Shown: positions 26,741 through 36,108 of the stretch, in pieces
How the letters are laid out: the number at the start of each line of letters is the position of its first letter
How positions within the stretch are numbered: position 1 is the stretch's first letter
Source of the DNA: Sphingomonadaceae bacterium
GTDB taxonomy: Bacteria; Chloroflexota; UBA6077
Length of the DNA: 58,760 nucleotides
NCBI GenBank assembly: GCA_050261575.1
Contig: JBLNDL010000017.1
Coordinates: forward strand, 1 to 58,760
Direction: 5' to 3'
Notes under the pieces: model-generated
The model's database searches: none
The model's input: the letters and a program-made list of their open reading frames with translations, nothing else
Told to the model about the DNA's origin: nothing
Translations under genes and position numbers: made by a program

Positions 26741-27285
26741 GCATCAACGTTTAGCAGTCCGTCCTCCGCCAGCTTCCTGAGCATCCGATAGGCCGGCAGG
26801 CCGCCACCCGCCCTCTGAGCAAGCACCAACACGGTCTGGAGGACAGTCAAAGAGGTCAGCAGCTTCCACTCGGCTCGGCCGATCTCCACGCGCTCCACGC
26901 CGATCGGCAGATCGCCAGCCAGCCGAACGATGGCACTGGCGCCGTGGAGCACCTGCCAGATCTCCCGCCACTCCGCCTGCGCCTCCCTCGCGTCCTCCAC
27001 CAGGGAGGCAATGGGGCTATCCAGGTTCTCTCGGGGTGTGGTGGCGCCGTGGTGGTAGGAGAAGCTGCCGCAATCCCAGGAGCAGAGCAACTCCAGCGCC
27101 TCCTTGCCCACCGTACCCTCCGTCTCCGCCCCCACGAGCTGGCCATCGCGGAAGTACAGGGCGCCCCCCTGCGTGATCCCGCCTCGACCGCGGGTGAATC
27201 GTACCACACCCGTCTTGGCCGAGAAGTTCAGGAGAAGCAGAACGTCGACTACCGTGAAGTCCGGAAGGCTACCCTGCAACGGCAT
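26731..27285 (-). CDS. DUF4388-like domain protein
   Basis: LQGSLPDFTVVDVLLLL..KTG..GALYFRDGQLVGA..W..GSFSY pattern, with a C-terminal winged-helix-like segment. Confidence 0.82.
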   Translation of the reverse strand: MPLQGSLPDFTVVDVLLLLNFSAKTGVVRFTRGRGGITQGGALYFRDGQLVGAETEGTVGKEALELLCSWDCGSFSYHHGATTPRENLDSPIASLVEDAREAQAEWREIWQVLHGASAIVRLAGDLPIGVERVEIGRAEWKLLTSLTVLQTVLVLAQRAGGGLPAYRMLRKLAEDGLLNVDARG

Positions 27286-27904
27286 CGAGGTCCTCTTCGA
27301 CGATTCTCACCCGTCGACCCTCCACGCTCAGTCTCCCCTCGGCAAACAACTGAATGGCCCGCGGGTAGATCCGGTGCTCCTGCTCCAGTATCCGGGCGGC
27401 GAGGCTCTCCGGCGTGTCGCTCTCCAGCACGGGAACGGCCGCCTGAAGGATGATGGGGCCCGCGTCCACGTCGCCCTCCTCGACGAAGTGGACGGTGCAG
27501 CCGGAGACCTTCACGCCGTACTCCAGCGCCTCCGCCTGGGCATGGAGCGTTCCGGCAAAGGCAGGCAGCAGGGAGGGATGGATGTTCACGATCCGCCCCG
27601 GAAACGCCTCGAAGAGGGGGCGGCTGATCAGCCGGTCGTAGCCGGCCATCACCACCAGCTCCACCCCCGCCTCGACCATCCGGCGCGCCATTGCGGCGTC
27701 CCGAGCCTCCCGCGAGGGGTAGTCCCCCCGCTCGAAGACGGCAGTGGGGAGTCCCCTCTCTCGGGCCCAGGCGAGCCCCGCTGCTCCTTCGTGATTGCAC
27801 ACCACCAACACCACCCGCGCGTCCAGCCTTCCCGCCTCGATGCTGCGGACGATGGCCTGCATGTTGCTGCCCCGGCCGGAGATCATGATCCCGAGTCTAA
27901 CCAC
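27269..27904 (-). CDS. purN: Phosphoribosylglycinamide formyltransferase
   Basis: ISGRGSN, NIHPSLLP, GCTVHFV, DAGPII, EHRIYP. Confidence 0.98.
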   Translation of the reverse strand: MVRLGIMISGRGSNMQAIVRSIEAGRLDARVVLVVCNHEGAAGLAWARERGLPTAVFERGDYPSREARDAAMARRMVEAGVELVVMAGYDRLISRPLFEAFPGRIVNIHPSLLPAFAGTLHAQAEALEYGVKVSGCTVHFVEEGDVDAGPIILQAAVPVLESDTPESLAARILEQEHRIYPRAIQLFAEGRLSVEGRRVRIVEEDLDAVAG

Positions 27905-29030
27905 CGACCACCTCTACCCGGTCCCCACCCTCGGAGGCCACGATCTCGCCCACCAGCAGCGCCTCCGGCACCAGGTCGGCCACCTTCTCGCGGTCCTCGG
28001 CCGGGCAGATCACCACGTAGCCCAGCCCCAGGTTGAACACCCGCAGCATCTCGTCCTGCGCTATCCGGCCGCGCCGCTGCAGCATCTGGAAGATGGGATG
28101 CACGGGCCAACTGCCCCACCAGAAGACGGCCTTCTGGCCCTCGGGGACGACGCGGCTCACGTTGCCGGGGATGCCGCCGCCGGTGATGTGGGCCATCCCC
28201 TTCACGTCCACTGCACTCCCCCTCCCTTTGGGAGTGGCGTGAAGGTGCCCCGGGGCACCTTCACGGGGTGAGGGCTGAAGCAATCGCCTTACGGGCTCCA
28301 GGTAGCAGCGGTGAGGCTCCAGCAGCTCCTCCCCCAGAGTCCGCCCCAGCTCCGGCCAGTGGCGATCCAACGGTTCCCCCTCCAGCAGCTTCCTCACCAG
28401 GGAGTAGCCGTTGGTGTGCAGCCCGCTGGAGGGCAGGCCCCAGATCAGGTCCCCGGGGCCGATCCGGCTGCCGTCCACCACCCCGTCCCGCTCAACAGCC
28501 CCGACGATGAAGCCTGCCAGGTCGTAGTCCTCCCCAGAGTAGATCCCCGGCATCTCCGCGGTCTCGCCGCCCACCAGGGCGCAGCCCGTCGCTCGGCAGG
28601 CATCGGCCAGGCCACCGACGATCTGGGCGACCTTCTCCGGCACCAGCTTACCCATGGCCACGTAGTCCAGGAAGAAGAGAGGGGTTGCGCCGCAGGTCAG
28701 GATGTCGTTGACGCAGTGGTTCACCAGGTCCACCCCGATGGTGTCGTGGCGATCCGCGGCGATGGCGACCCTCAGCTTCGTCCCCACCCCATCGGCGCTG
28801 GCCACCAGCACCGGCTCCCGGTAGCCATCGAAGGCGAAGAGCGAGCCGAAGCCGCCGATACCCGTCAGCACCTGCGGGCCGAAGGTGGATCGCACCTTCG
28901 CCTTGATCAGATCGACTGCGCGATTGCCGGCGTCGATGTCGACGCCAGCGGCCCTGTAGGCACTCTCCCCCCCTGGGAAAGATCCGCCCAGACCCTCTCC
29001 CGATGGGAGAGGGTCTGGATGAGGGCTCAT
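27897..29030 (-). CDS. purM: Phosphoribosylformylglycinamidine cyclo-ligase (AIR synthase)
   Basis: YRAAGVDI, DGVGTKL, PLFFLDY, GGETAEMPG, SSGLHTNGYSL, HITGGG. Carries two repeat-derived insertions. Confidence 0.97.
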   Translation of the reverse strand: MSPHPDPLPSGEGLGGSFPGGESAYRAAGVDIDAGNRAVDLIKAKVRSTFGPQVLTGIGGFGSLFAFDGYREPVLVASADGVGTKLRVAIAADRHDTIGVDLVNHCVNDILTCGATPLFFLDYVAMGKLVPEKVAQIVGGLADACRATGCALVGGETAEMPGIYSGEDYDLAGFIVGAVERDGVVDGSRIGPGDLIWGLPSSGLHTNGYSLVRKLLEGEPLDRHWPELGRTLGEELLEPHRCYLEPVRRLLQPSPREGAPGHLHATPKGRGSAVDVKGMAHITGGGIPGNVSRVVPEGQKAVFWWGSWPVHPIFQMLQRRGRIAQDEMLRVFNLGLGYVVICPAEDREKVADLVPEALLVGEIVASEGGDRVEVVGG

Positions 29031-29056
29031 CTTAGGCTCTCCCTCCAAAGAACTCA

Positions 29057-30448
29057 CTAGACCTCCAGGATCAGCTTGTCCATCTCGAGCTGGATGGGAA
29101 CGGGATAGTTGCCGGTGAAGCAGGCCCGGCAGAAATGGCTCGTGCGCTTCCCCACCGAGTCCAGCAGCCCCTCGAGGCTCAGATAGCCGAGGGAGTCGGC
29201 ACCGATGTGCCGGCGGATCTCCTCCACACTCATCCGAGCGGCTATCAGTTCCGATTGGCGGGCCGTGTCGACGCCCAGGTAGCAGGGGAAGCGCATCGGC
29301 GGGGCGCAGATCCGCATGTGGACCTCCTTGGCCCCCGCCTTTCGCAGCAGGCCGATGACCGGCGGGGTGGTGGTGCCTCGCACGATGCTGTCGTCCACCA
29401 CTACCACCCGCTTGCCCGAGAGCATCTCCGGCAATGGGTTGAACTTCAGCCGAACACCCACCTGCCGGAGCCGCTGGTCCGGCTGGATGAAGGTGCGGCC
29501 GATGTAGCGGTTCTTGATCAGCCCCTCGCCGAAGTGGATGCCCGATTCCTGCGCGTAGCCCGTGGCCGCCGGGATGGCGGAGTCGGGCACAGGGATCACC
29601 AGGTCGGCATCCACCGGATACTCCCTCGCCAGGTGCCGCCCCATCTCCTGCCGGGCCTGGTAGACCAACTGGCCGTCGATGGTGCTGTCCGGGCGGGCGA
29701 AGTATATGAACTCGAAGATGCACAGGGCGCGTCGCTGGCTCTCGATCGCCGGGACGCTGCGCACACCCCCAGCGTCGATCACGAGCAACTCCCCGGGCTC
29801 CACCTCCCGTACGAATGTGGCGCCCACGGTGTCCAGCGCGCAGGTCTCCGAGGCTACCACCCAGCCGCCGTTCATCTCGCCCAGGCATAGAGGGCGCACC
29901 CCCAGGGGATCCCTAGCCGCGAAGAGGGTGTCGGGGCTAGCCATCACCAGGCTGTAGGCTCCCTGGAAGCGGGGGAGGGTGTGCAGGATGCGAGACTCCC
30001 AGTCGAGGCCCGGGGCGGAGGAGATCATCTTCGCGATCAGCTCGGAATCCGTGGAGGTATCCAGCCGCTGGCCCATCTCCAGCAGTTGCTCGGCGAGGGA
30101 GGCGGTGTTCACCAGGTTCCCGTTGTGGCCCAGCGCCAGTTGTCCGATCTCCGAGTCCACCACTATCGGCTGGGCGTTGCACACCTTGCTGCCACCGGTG
30201 GTGGAGTAGCGGGTGTGCCCTATTGCCACGTGGCCCTTGAGAAAGCCGAGCTCCTCCTCGTTGAACACCTGCACCACCAAGCCCATGGACTTGAAGGTGC
30301 GGAGCTCCTTGCCGTCCCCGGTGGTTATGCCCGCGCTCTCCTGCCCCCGGTGTTGAAGGGCGTACAGGCCGAAAAAGGTGATCCGGGCGACGTCGACGCC
30401 CGGAGCGAAGATCCCAAATACACCGCAGGCTTCGTGCAGTTCAGCCAT
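29057..30448 (-). CDS. purF: Amidophosphoribosyltransferase
   Basis: Propeptide followed by CGVFG, LQHRGQE, GHTRYST, CIFEFIYFARPDS, VDDSIVRGTT, Fe-S Cys (CRAC). Confidence 0.98.
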   Translation of the reverse strand: MAELHEACGVFGIFAPGVDVARITFFGLYALQHRGQESAGITTGDGKELRTFKSMGLVVQVFNEEELGFLKGHVAIGHTRYSTTGGSKVCNAQPIVVDSEIGQLALGHNGNLVNTASLAEQLLEMGQRLDTSTDSELIAKMISSAPGLDWESRILHTLPRFQGAYSLVMASPDTLFAARDPLGVRPLCLGEMNGGWVVASETCALDTVGATFVREVEPGELLVIDAGGVRSVPAIESQRRALCIFEFIYFARPDSTIDGQLVYQARQEMGRHLAREYPVDADLVIPVPDSAIPAATGYAQESGIHFGEGLIKNRYIGRTFIQPDQRLRQVGVRLKFNPLPEMLSGKRVVVVDDSIVRGTTTPPVIGLLRKAGAKEVHMRICAPPMRFPCYLGVDTARQSELIAARMSVEEIRRHIGADSLGYLSLEGLLDSVGKRTSHFCRACFTGNYPVPIQLEMDKLILEV

Positions 30449-30490
30449 TCCCACCCCCAGCCGCCGTTCGGCACGTCGCCATTGACGTGA

Positions 30491-30632
30491 AGCAACGAGC
30501 TATCAGCAACGAAGTATCAGCTACCCCAGCAGTACCGAGGGCCGAGGACCCGGCAGGTAGGGGCGACCGGTAGAACTGTAGCCGCGGGCTAAAGCCTGCG
30601 CGTAGCCCACGCACTCTAGAGGGCGCAACTAC
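30491..30632. repeat. Heptamer tract plus GTAG-type REP-like element between purL and purF
   Basis: AGCAACG/AGCTATC/AGCAACG/AAGTATC/AGCTACC heptamers, then GTAGGGGCG...GCAACTAC. Confidence 0.5.
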
Positions 30633-30643
30633 ACAGACTGCCC

Positions 30644-32965
30644 TCAGTCCTCGCTCCCGAGCACCCGCTCGAGGGCCCCATCCCAGACATCCCGCATGAT
30701 CTCCACACGGAGGTCGATCCATCTGCCCAAGCGGAAACGGGGCTCATCCCCGCGCCCCCGCGCCCCCGCGTCTCGGCCCTCACCCCGACCCTCTCCCAGA
30801 GGGAGAGGGAGTCCATGCGTCTCCGCGCCCCCGCGTCCGGTAACGGTGCCCAACACGGCCACCGGCACTCCGGCGTCGGCGGCCAGCCGCTCGACCTCGG
30901 GAAGCCTCTCCGGAGGGACCGATAGCACGATGCGCGACTGGCTTTCCCCGAAGAGCAGCCCATCGGGCCGGCATCCATCACGCCTCAGCAGCCTGTCCAG
31001 AGGCTCGTCGTCCGCCTCCATCCCCAGGCCGCCGGCCATGCAGCACTCGGCCAGGGCGACGGCCAGGCCGCCATCGCCGCAGTCGTGGGCGGACCGAACC
31101 AGTCCAGCGCGGATGGCCGCCAGAGCGCACCTCTGCACCGCGGCCTCCATCTCCAGGTCTATCCGAGGAGGTCTTCCGGCGATCTGTCCGGTCACCAGCT
31201 TCAGGTACTCGGTGCCGCCCAGATCGTCGAAGCTGCGTCCCAGCAGCACCACCAGGTCGCCAGGCTGCCGGAAGGCCATCCCTACAGCCTGGCTCACGTC
31301 CTCCAGCAGGCCAACCATCCCCACCACTGGGGTCGGGAAGATGGCCGATCCGTTGTTCTCGTTGTAGAGGCTGACGTTGCCGCTGATCACCGGCGTGCCC
31401 AGGGCCGAGCACGCCTCGGCCATCCCCGCCACGCTCTCCCGCAACGTGTAGAACACCTCGGGCTTCTCGGGGTTTCCGTAGTTCAGGCAGTCGGTGACTG
31501 CCAGCGGCTCCGCGCCGGTACAGACCAGATTCCGCGCCGCTTCAGCCACCGCGATCATGCCACCCCAGCGCGGCTCAAGGTAGCAGTAACGGCCGTTGCC
31601 GTCGGTGGTGACGGCTATACCCTTTCGGGTTCCCTTCACCCGAAGCACCGCGGCGTCCGCCTCCCCGGGCAGCAGCACCGTGTTCGTCTGCACCATGTGG
31701 TCGTACTGCTGGTAGATGGGCCGGCGGCTGCACAGATTGGACGAGGCCAGTAGGTCGAGCAGGGTCCGGGCGTAATCTCGCTGCACGGGCAGTGAGGCCG
31801 GATCGAACCGGTGGGCCTCGTCGATCCAAGCGGGCCGCACCCCCCCCCGGTGGTAGACCGGAGTCTCGTCGGTAAGCAGCCGGGCCGGGATCTCCGCCAC
31901 CACGCGGTCCCCCTCCCGGACGCGCACGATGCCGTCGTCGGTGACCATGCCGATCAGGTCGGAGTGGAGCCCCCAGCGCGCGAACAGCTCCTGCACCTTG
32001 GCCTCGCACCCCTTGCGGGCAACCACCAGCATCCGCTCCTGCGACTCGGAGAGCATCAACTCGTAGGGGGTCATCCCCTTCTCGCGCCTGGAGACCTGGA
32101 GCAGGTCTATGTCGATGCCGCAACCCCCTCTGCCGGCCATCTCCACCGAGGAGCTGGTCAGGCCCGCGGCCCCCAGATCCTGCATCCCGACCACGTAGTC
32201 GGTCTGCAGCAGCTCCAGGCATGCCTCGATCAGCAGCTTCTCCAGGAAGGGGTTCCCCACCTGCACCGCCGGACGACGCTCCTCCGAGCGCTCGTTCAAC
32301 TCCACCGACGCGAAGGTGGCGCCGTGGATCCCATCGCGGCCGGTATCGGCCCCCACCAGGATCACCGGATTGCCGGCGCCGCTCGCCTTGGCCCGCACGA
32401 TCTGGTCGGTCCTCACCAGTCCCACGCACATGGCGTTGACCAGGGGATTGCCGGTGTAGCTATCCTCGAAGTAGACCTCGCCAGCCACGGTGGGCACGCC
32501 GAGGCAGTTGCCGTAGCCCGCGATGCCGCCTACGACGCCGGAGACCAGGTACTGGTTCCTCCGTTCCGAGGGGGGGCCGAAGCGAAGGGAGTCCAGCAGG
32601 GCCATGGGGCGGGCGCCCATCGTGAAAATGTCGCGGACGATGCCGCCGACTCCCGTGGCAGCCCCCTGATAGGGCTCAACTGCGCTGGGGTGGTTGTGGG
32701 ACTCGATCTTGAACACCACCGCCAACCCGTCCCCGATGTCCACCGCACCGGCGTTCTCGCCCGGCCCCTGGAGCACCCTCGGGCCCTTGGTGGGGAACAG
32801 CCGCAGGACCGGCCGGGAGTTCTTGTAGCCGCAGTGCTCGCTCCACATGGCGCCGAACATGCCCAACTCGACCATGTTCGGCTCCCGGCCGAGCTTGGCC
32901 ACGATCAGATCGTACTCCTCGGGGGTGAGGGCCACTTCCTCCAACAGTTCGCGAGTGACGGGCAT
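30644..32965 (-). CDS. purL: Phosphoribosylformylglycinamidine synthase large subunit (small-type PurL)
   Basis: [47 protein letters not shown]. Confidence 0.98.
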   Translation of the reverse strand: MPVTRELLEEVALTPEEYDLIVAKLGREPNMVELGMFGAMWSEHCGYKNSRPVLRLFPTKGPRVLQGPGENAGAVDIGDGLAVVFKIESHNHPSAVEPYQGAATGVGGIVRDIFTMGARPMALLDSLRFGPPSERRNQYLVSGVVGGIAGYGNCLGVPTVAGEVYFEDSYTGNPLVNAMCVGLVRTDQIVRAKASGAGNPVILVGADTGRDGIHGATFASVELNERSEERRPAVQVGNPFLEKLLIEACLELLQTDYVVGMQDLGAAGLTSSSVEMAGRGGCGIDIDLLQVSRREKGMTPYELMLSESQERMLVVARKGCEAKVQELFARWGLHSDLIGMVTDDGIVRVREGDRVVAEIPARLLTDETPVYHRGGVRPAWIDEAHRFDPASLPVQRDYARTLLDLLASSNLCSRRPIYQQYDHMVQTNTVLLPGEADAAVLRVKGTRKGIAVTTDGNGRYCYLEPRWGGMIAVAEAARNLVCTGAEPLAVTDCLNYGNPEKPEVFYTLRESVAGMAEACSALGTPVISGNVSLYNENNGSAIFPTPVVGMVGLLEDVSQAVGMAFRQPGDLVVLLGRSFDDLGGTEYLKLVTGQIAGRPPRIDLEMEAAVQRCALAAIRAGLVRSAHDCGDGGLAVALAECCMAGGLGMEADDEPLDRLLRRDGCRPDGLLFGESQSRIVLSVPPERLPEVERLAADAGVPVAVLGTVTGRGGAETHGLPLPLGEGRGEGRDAGARGRGDEPRFRLGRWIDLRVEIMRDVWDGALERVLGSED

Positions 32966-33735
32966 CAGCGGGTCTCCTGGGGCCAGGACTGAGAACTAAG
33001 GGCTGAGGACTGGGTGGCTCCCCGAGGGCTCGATCCTGGGCCCTCAGTCCTCAGTCCTCCCAGTATCGATCGGAAGATATACGCCCCATCGGTGCCGCCG
33101 AGGATCTCCTCGCAGCACCGCTCGGGATGCGGCATGAGGCCGAAGACGTTGCGGCCCTCGTTGCAGATACCGGCCACGTTCCTCAGGGAGCCGTTCGGAT
33201 TGGACTCCCTGGTGATCTGCCCGCTGGGGTCGCAATACCGAAGAAGGATCTGGGAGTGACGTTCGAGCCGCTCCAGCAGATCCTCCGGCGCGTAGTAGCT
33301 TCCCTCCTGGTGGGCTATCGGTAGCTTGAGCACCTGCCCTCGCTCGCAGGCCGAGGTGAAGGGGGAGTCCGTGGACTCCACCCGCACGTGGACCCAGGAG
33401 CAGCGGAATTGAAGGTGGTCGTTGCGCAGCATGGCGCCGGGAAGCAACCCCGCCTCCAGCAGGACCTGGAAGCCGTTGCAGATACCCAGCACCGGACGAT
33501 CGCTGCGCGCGAACCGCTCGACGGAGCGCATGACGGGGGAGAAGCGCGCGATGGCTCCTGCGCGCAAGTAGTCCCCGTAGGCGAAGCCACCCGGGAGGAT
33601 GATGCAGTCGTAGGAGGAGAGGTCCGTGTCCTGGTGCCAGATGTACTCCACCGGCTGGCCGAAGACACGGTCTATCACGTGGTAGGTGTCCCCGTCGCAG
33701 TTGGTGCCGGGGAACACTATCACGCCGAATTTCAA
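32965..33735 (-). CDS. purQ: FGAM synthase glutaminase subunit
   Basis: [37 protein letters not shown]. Confidence 0.98.
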   Translation of the reverse strand: MKFGVIVFPGTNCDGDTYHVIDRVFGQPVEYIWHQDTDLSSYDCIILPGGFAYGDYLRAGAIARFSPVMRSVERFARSDRPVLGICNGFQVLLEAGLLPGAMLRNDHLQFRCSWVHVRVESTDSPFTSACERGQVLKLPIAHQEGSYYAPEDLLERLERHSQILLRYCDPSGQITRESNPNGSLRNVAGICNEGRNVFGLMPHPERCCEEILGGTDGAYIFRSILGGLRTEGPGSSPRGATQSSALSSQSWPQETR

Positions 33736-33810
33736 GGGTGCCTCCTCGGCGCTAGACGCTTTTCTGATAGACCTTATTCTAGCATAGGGTCTGGCCGGCC
33801 GCTAGGAGTG

Positions 33811-34563
33811 TCAGATCAGCAGGTCGCCCACTCGCACGGCCTGCAGCGAGCCGTCCGTGAGCCTGAGCAGCAGCGCCCCGTCCTCGGCGACGTCCTCGAA
33901 GACACCCTCCAACTGCTGGCCGCCCTCGGCGACCGTCACCTTCTGCCGGCGACGCCACAGACGGGAGGCCCACCGTTCCCGCACGACGGACTCCAGCCGA
34001 GCGGGGTCCAACGCTAGCAGGGCGTCCAGGTGCAGAAGGATCTGGTACAACAACTGCTGTCGCGAGATTCGCCGTCCCGTCTCGCGCAGCAGACTGGTGG
34101 CGCTGTCGGGGATGCCCCCTGCGGCTGCGGGATCGAAGTTGACGTTGATGCCCATCCCGACCACCGCGAAGTGGTTGCCCGGCGACCAGCTCACCTCCGT
34201 GAGCACGCCCCCCAGCTTCCTGCCGTTCAGCATCAGGTCGTTCGGCCACTTGATCTCCGCTCGCACGGGGGCCAGCTCCTCGGTCGCCTGGCACGCCGCC
34301 ACAGAGCAGATCTGGGTGAGGAGAAACGACTGGGACTGGTGGCGGCGGAATAGTATGGAGAAAAGAAGGCCGCCCCCCGGTACCTCCAGCCAGCTCCTGC
34401 CACGCCGCCCCCGCCCCCCGGTCTGGTGATCGGTAACGAAGATGGTTCTCTCGGGGGCGCCGTCCTCACCGGCCTCTTTGGCCAGATCGTTGGTCGACCC
34501 CGTCTCTGTCAAGTGGTGCACCACCCAGCCGGGCGGCGCCAGGAACACCTCTCCTTGAGACAC
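33811..34563 (-). CDS. birA: Biotin--[acetyl-CoA carboxylase] ligase (no N-terminal HTH)
   Basis: STND, QTGGRGRRGRSW, KWPND, KLGGVL, GMGINV. Confidence 0.95.
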   Translation of the reverse strand: MSQGEVFLAPPGWVVHHLTETGSTNDLAKEAGEDGAPERTIFVTDHQTGGRGRRGRSWLEVPGGGLLFSILFRRHQSQSFLLTQICSVAACQATEELAPVRAEIKWPNDLMLNGRKLGGVLTEVSWSPGNHFAVVGMGINVNFDPAAAGGIPDSATSLLRETGRRISRQQLLYQILLHLDALLALDPARLESVVRERWASRLWRRRQKVTVAEGGQQLEGVFEDVAEDGALLLRLTDGSLQAVRVGDLLI

Positions 34564-34576
34564 GGCTTCACCCTCT

Positions 34577-34617
34577 AGATAAACGGATAGCCAGAGGGGC
34601 CAACCCCTCTGGCTATC
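34577..34617 (-). terminator. Intrinsic terminator-like hairpin of the short transcript upstream of birA
   Basis: Perfect 14-bp stem GATAGCCAGAGGGG/CCCCTCTGGCTATC (34586-34617) followed by CGTTTATCT on the minus strand. Confidence 0.65.
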
Positions 34618-34683
34618 TCCCCCTAAGCGCGACGCGCTTAGGATTCGGTCTCTGCAATCCCCGGGGACGAGAAGCGGGCGCTG

Positions 34684-34755
34684 CTAGCGTCCGACCTCCA
34701 ACCCTCGAGGCGTGCGAACCGGGTGCGCCGTCGCGCTAGGACTGTCACAACCCAT
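34684..34755 (-). other. Candidate 23-aa small ORF within a ~200-nt structured transcript (small protein, leader or sRNA)
   Basis: AGAAAGGAGGTGAT SD, then ATG. Encodes MGCDSPSATAHPVRTPRGLEVGR. Has its own promoter and terminator. Confidence 0.5.
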
Positions 34756-34784
34756 CCGCATCACCTCCTTTCTTGGCTGGTCGA

Positions 34785-34813
34785 ATACTAACAGGGCCTC
34801 CGGGATACGTCAA
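34785..34813 (-). promoter_or_regulatory. Sigma70-type promoter of the short transcript
   Basis: TTGACG-17 bp-TAGTAT on the minus strand. Confidence 0.7.
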
Positions 34814-34827
34814 GCCTTCGGGACGCC

Positions 34828-34897
34828 AAGCAGGTATCGCTGGATAAGGCATACGTTTCCCGCTAGAGAAGTTGACGTGAACTAGAGATACCTGCTT
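34828..34897 (+). repeat. 70-bp TIR-bounded element, copy 2
   Basis: AAGCAGGTATCGCTGG...CTAGAGATACCTGCTT. Confidence 0.85.
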
Positions 34898-35075
34898 AGC
34901 CGCCAGCGCTCAGCCATCTGCCGGCACACGACCACAACGGCCTCGATGGGTAGGTGCACCGGCGACATCAATGAAAACGGGGGCGATAGCTCACCCCCTG
35001 TTCCCGTTTCCGTCGTCGTAGCGGCTCTTCGAGATGGCCGTGGAAAGCCGGCAACTGACCGATACCGGCTATCGC

Positions 35076-35891
35076 CTACTCCTCCGGCAGCTCGGCCTCC
35101 TCGATCACGTCGGGCTCCTCGGCCCCCAGTTCGGACTCGCCAACCCCCTCGAAACCCTCATCGGAGTCCTCGAGCAGGTCCTCCTCGTCGTCCAGGTCGT
35201 ACTTGAGCACGCTGTCCTTGATGTATCCGCGGAAGACTTCCACCGGAGCCTTCGAGGGGAAGGATACCTTGCCGGCCATCTGCGGGCTGCGGTACACCTC
35301 TCGGATGATCACCTTCACCGTCTGGTCGTCGACACTGGTGACCGCCGTCTGATAGCGGTTGCCGCTCCCCAGCAGGGTCAGCAGCCGCTTGGCCAGCTTG
35401 GGCTCGATCTGTCCCACCGTCTCCCCTGTGGCGGTCACAACGCGGATCTTATGATCAACGGGCTGAAGCTCCAGCAGGTCGCCGGCGGTCATCTTCGCCA
35501 GCACCTCGGGACCGGCCGGGTTCAGCAGAGTCGTGATGACGGTCTTGCCGCTCTCCTCTATGAAGAGCGAGGGATCCACGCGAGTCGGCGCCGCCGGCGC
35601 GGCCGGCTCGGCGGCAAGCTTGGCCAACCGCTGTAGATTCTTCATGGCGATGACGTTCGTGGGATCCATCGCGGCGGCGCGACTGTACGCCTCCCTAGCC
35701 TCATCGACCCGACCGAGTTCCGTCAGCGCCTTCCCCAGCCTGTTGTGCGCGTCGACGTCTTCCGGAAACAGGACCAATAGCTCGCGGTTCACCTCCGCGG
35801 CTTCCTCCCAACGGCTAGCCATGGCGAGTGCGATGGCGCGCTCGGTCAGTTGCCGTTTCGCTCTGAGTCTCTCCTCAGGGAAGGTTGCCAT
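35076..35891 (-). CDS. Tetratricopeptide-repeat protein with a beta-rich middle domain and acidic tail
   Basis: TPR pattern (AHNRLGKALTELGRVDEAREAYSRA..DPTN), FIEESGKT, D/E-rich C-terminus. AAGGAGG SD. Confidence 0.88.
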   Translation of the reverse strand: MATFPEERLRAKRQLTERAIALAMASRWEEAAEVNRELLVLFPEDVDAHNRLGKALTELGRVDEAREAYSRAAAMDPTNVIAMKNLQRLAKLAAEPAAPAAPTRVDPSLFIEESGKTVITTLLNPAGPEVLAKMTAGDLLELQPVDHKIRVVTATGETVGQIEPKLAKRLLTLLGSGNRYQTAVTSVDDQTVKVIIREVYRSPQMAGKVSFPSKAPVEVFRGYIKDSVLKYDLDDEEDLLEDSDEGFEGVGESELGAEEPDVIEEAELPEE

Positions 35892-35941
35892 TCTGGTCCG
35901 TTCCTCCTTAACTATGAGCCCATCAGCCTCAGGGCTGGCGC

Positions 35942-35970
35942 ATTTTACCGTAAGCCCTCCACCGATTCAA
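35942..35970 (-). promoter_or_regulatory. Sigma70-type promoter of the TPR gene
   Basis: TTGAAT-17 bp-TAAAAT on the minus strand. Confidence 0.6.
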
Positions 35971-36038
35971 CAGGGGGCGCCGACGCTCCGCAAGCTACGC
36001 GCCACGAGCGGTTTCCCCACGCTGGATGCCGCGAATCG

Positions 36039-36062
36039 AAAAGGGGCTGGTTGTCCAGCCCC
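36039..36062 (-). terminator. Intrinsic terminator
   Basis: GGGGCTGG-ACAA-CCAGCCCC-TTTT on the minus strand, downstream of the 62-aa gene. Confidence 0.75.
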
Positions 36063-36108
36063 GAGGATTGCCCGAAGCCCGAGCGGTCCGGCCCGACCGT
36101 TTCGCCCG

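Noticed and set aside
29031..29888. Long N-terminal extension of PurM in the ORF track
   Set aside because: It is an alternate frame of purF and a high-GC artefact.
33736..33810. Purine or ZTP riboswitch ahead of the pur cluster
   Set aside because: The gap is too short after the promoter-like element, and no consensus aptamer motifs were recognised.
34760..34773. 16S rRNA 3'-end fragment (ATCACCTCCTTTCT on +)
   Set aside because: No upstream 16S sequence. Better explained as an extended SD on the minus strand.
34828..34897. 70-bp elements as integron attC sites
   Set aside because: Size and stop-codon overlap fit, but the RYYYAAC/GTTRRRY cores are absent, copies are not in a cassette array, and there is no integrase.
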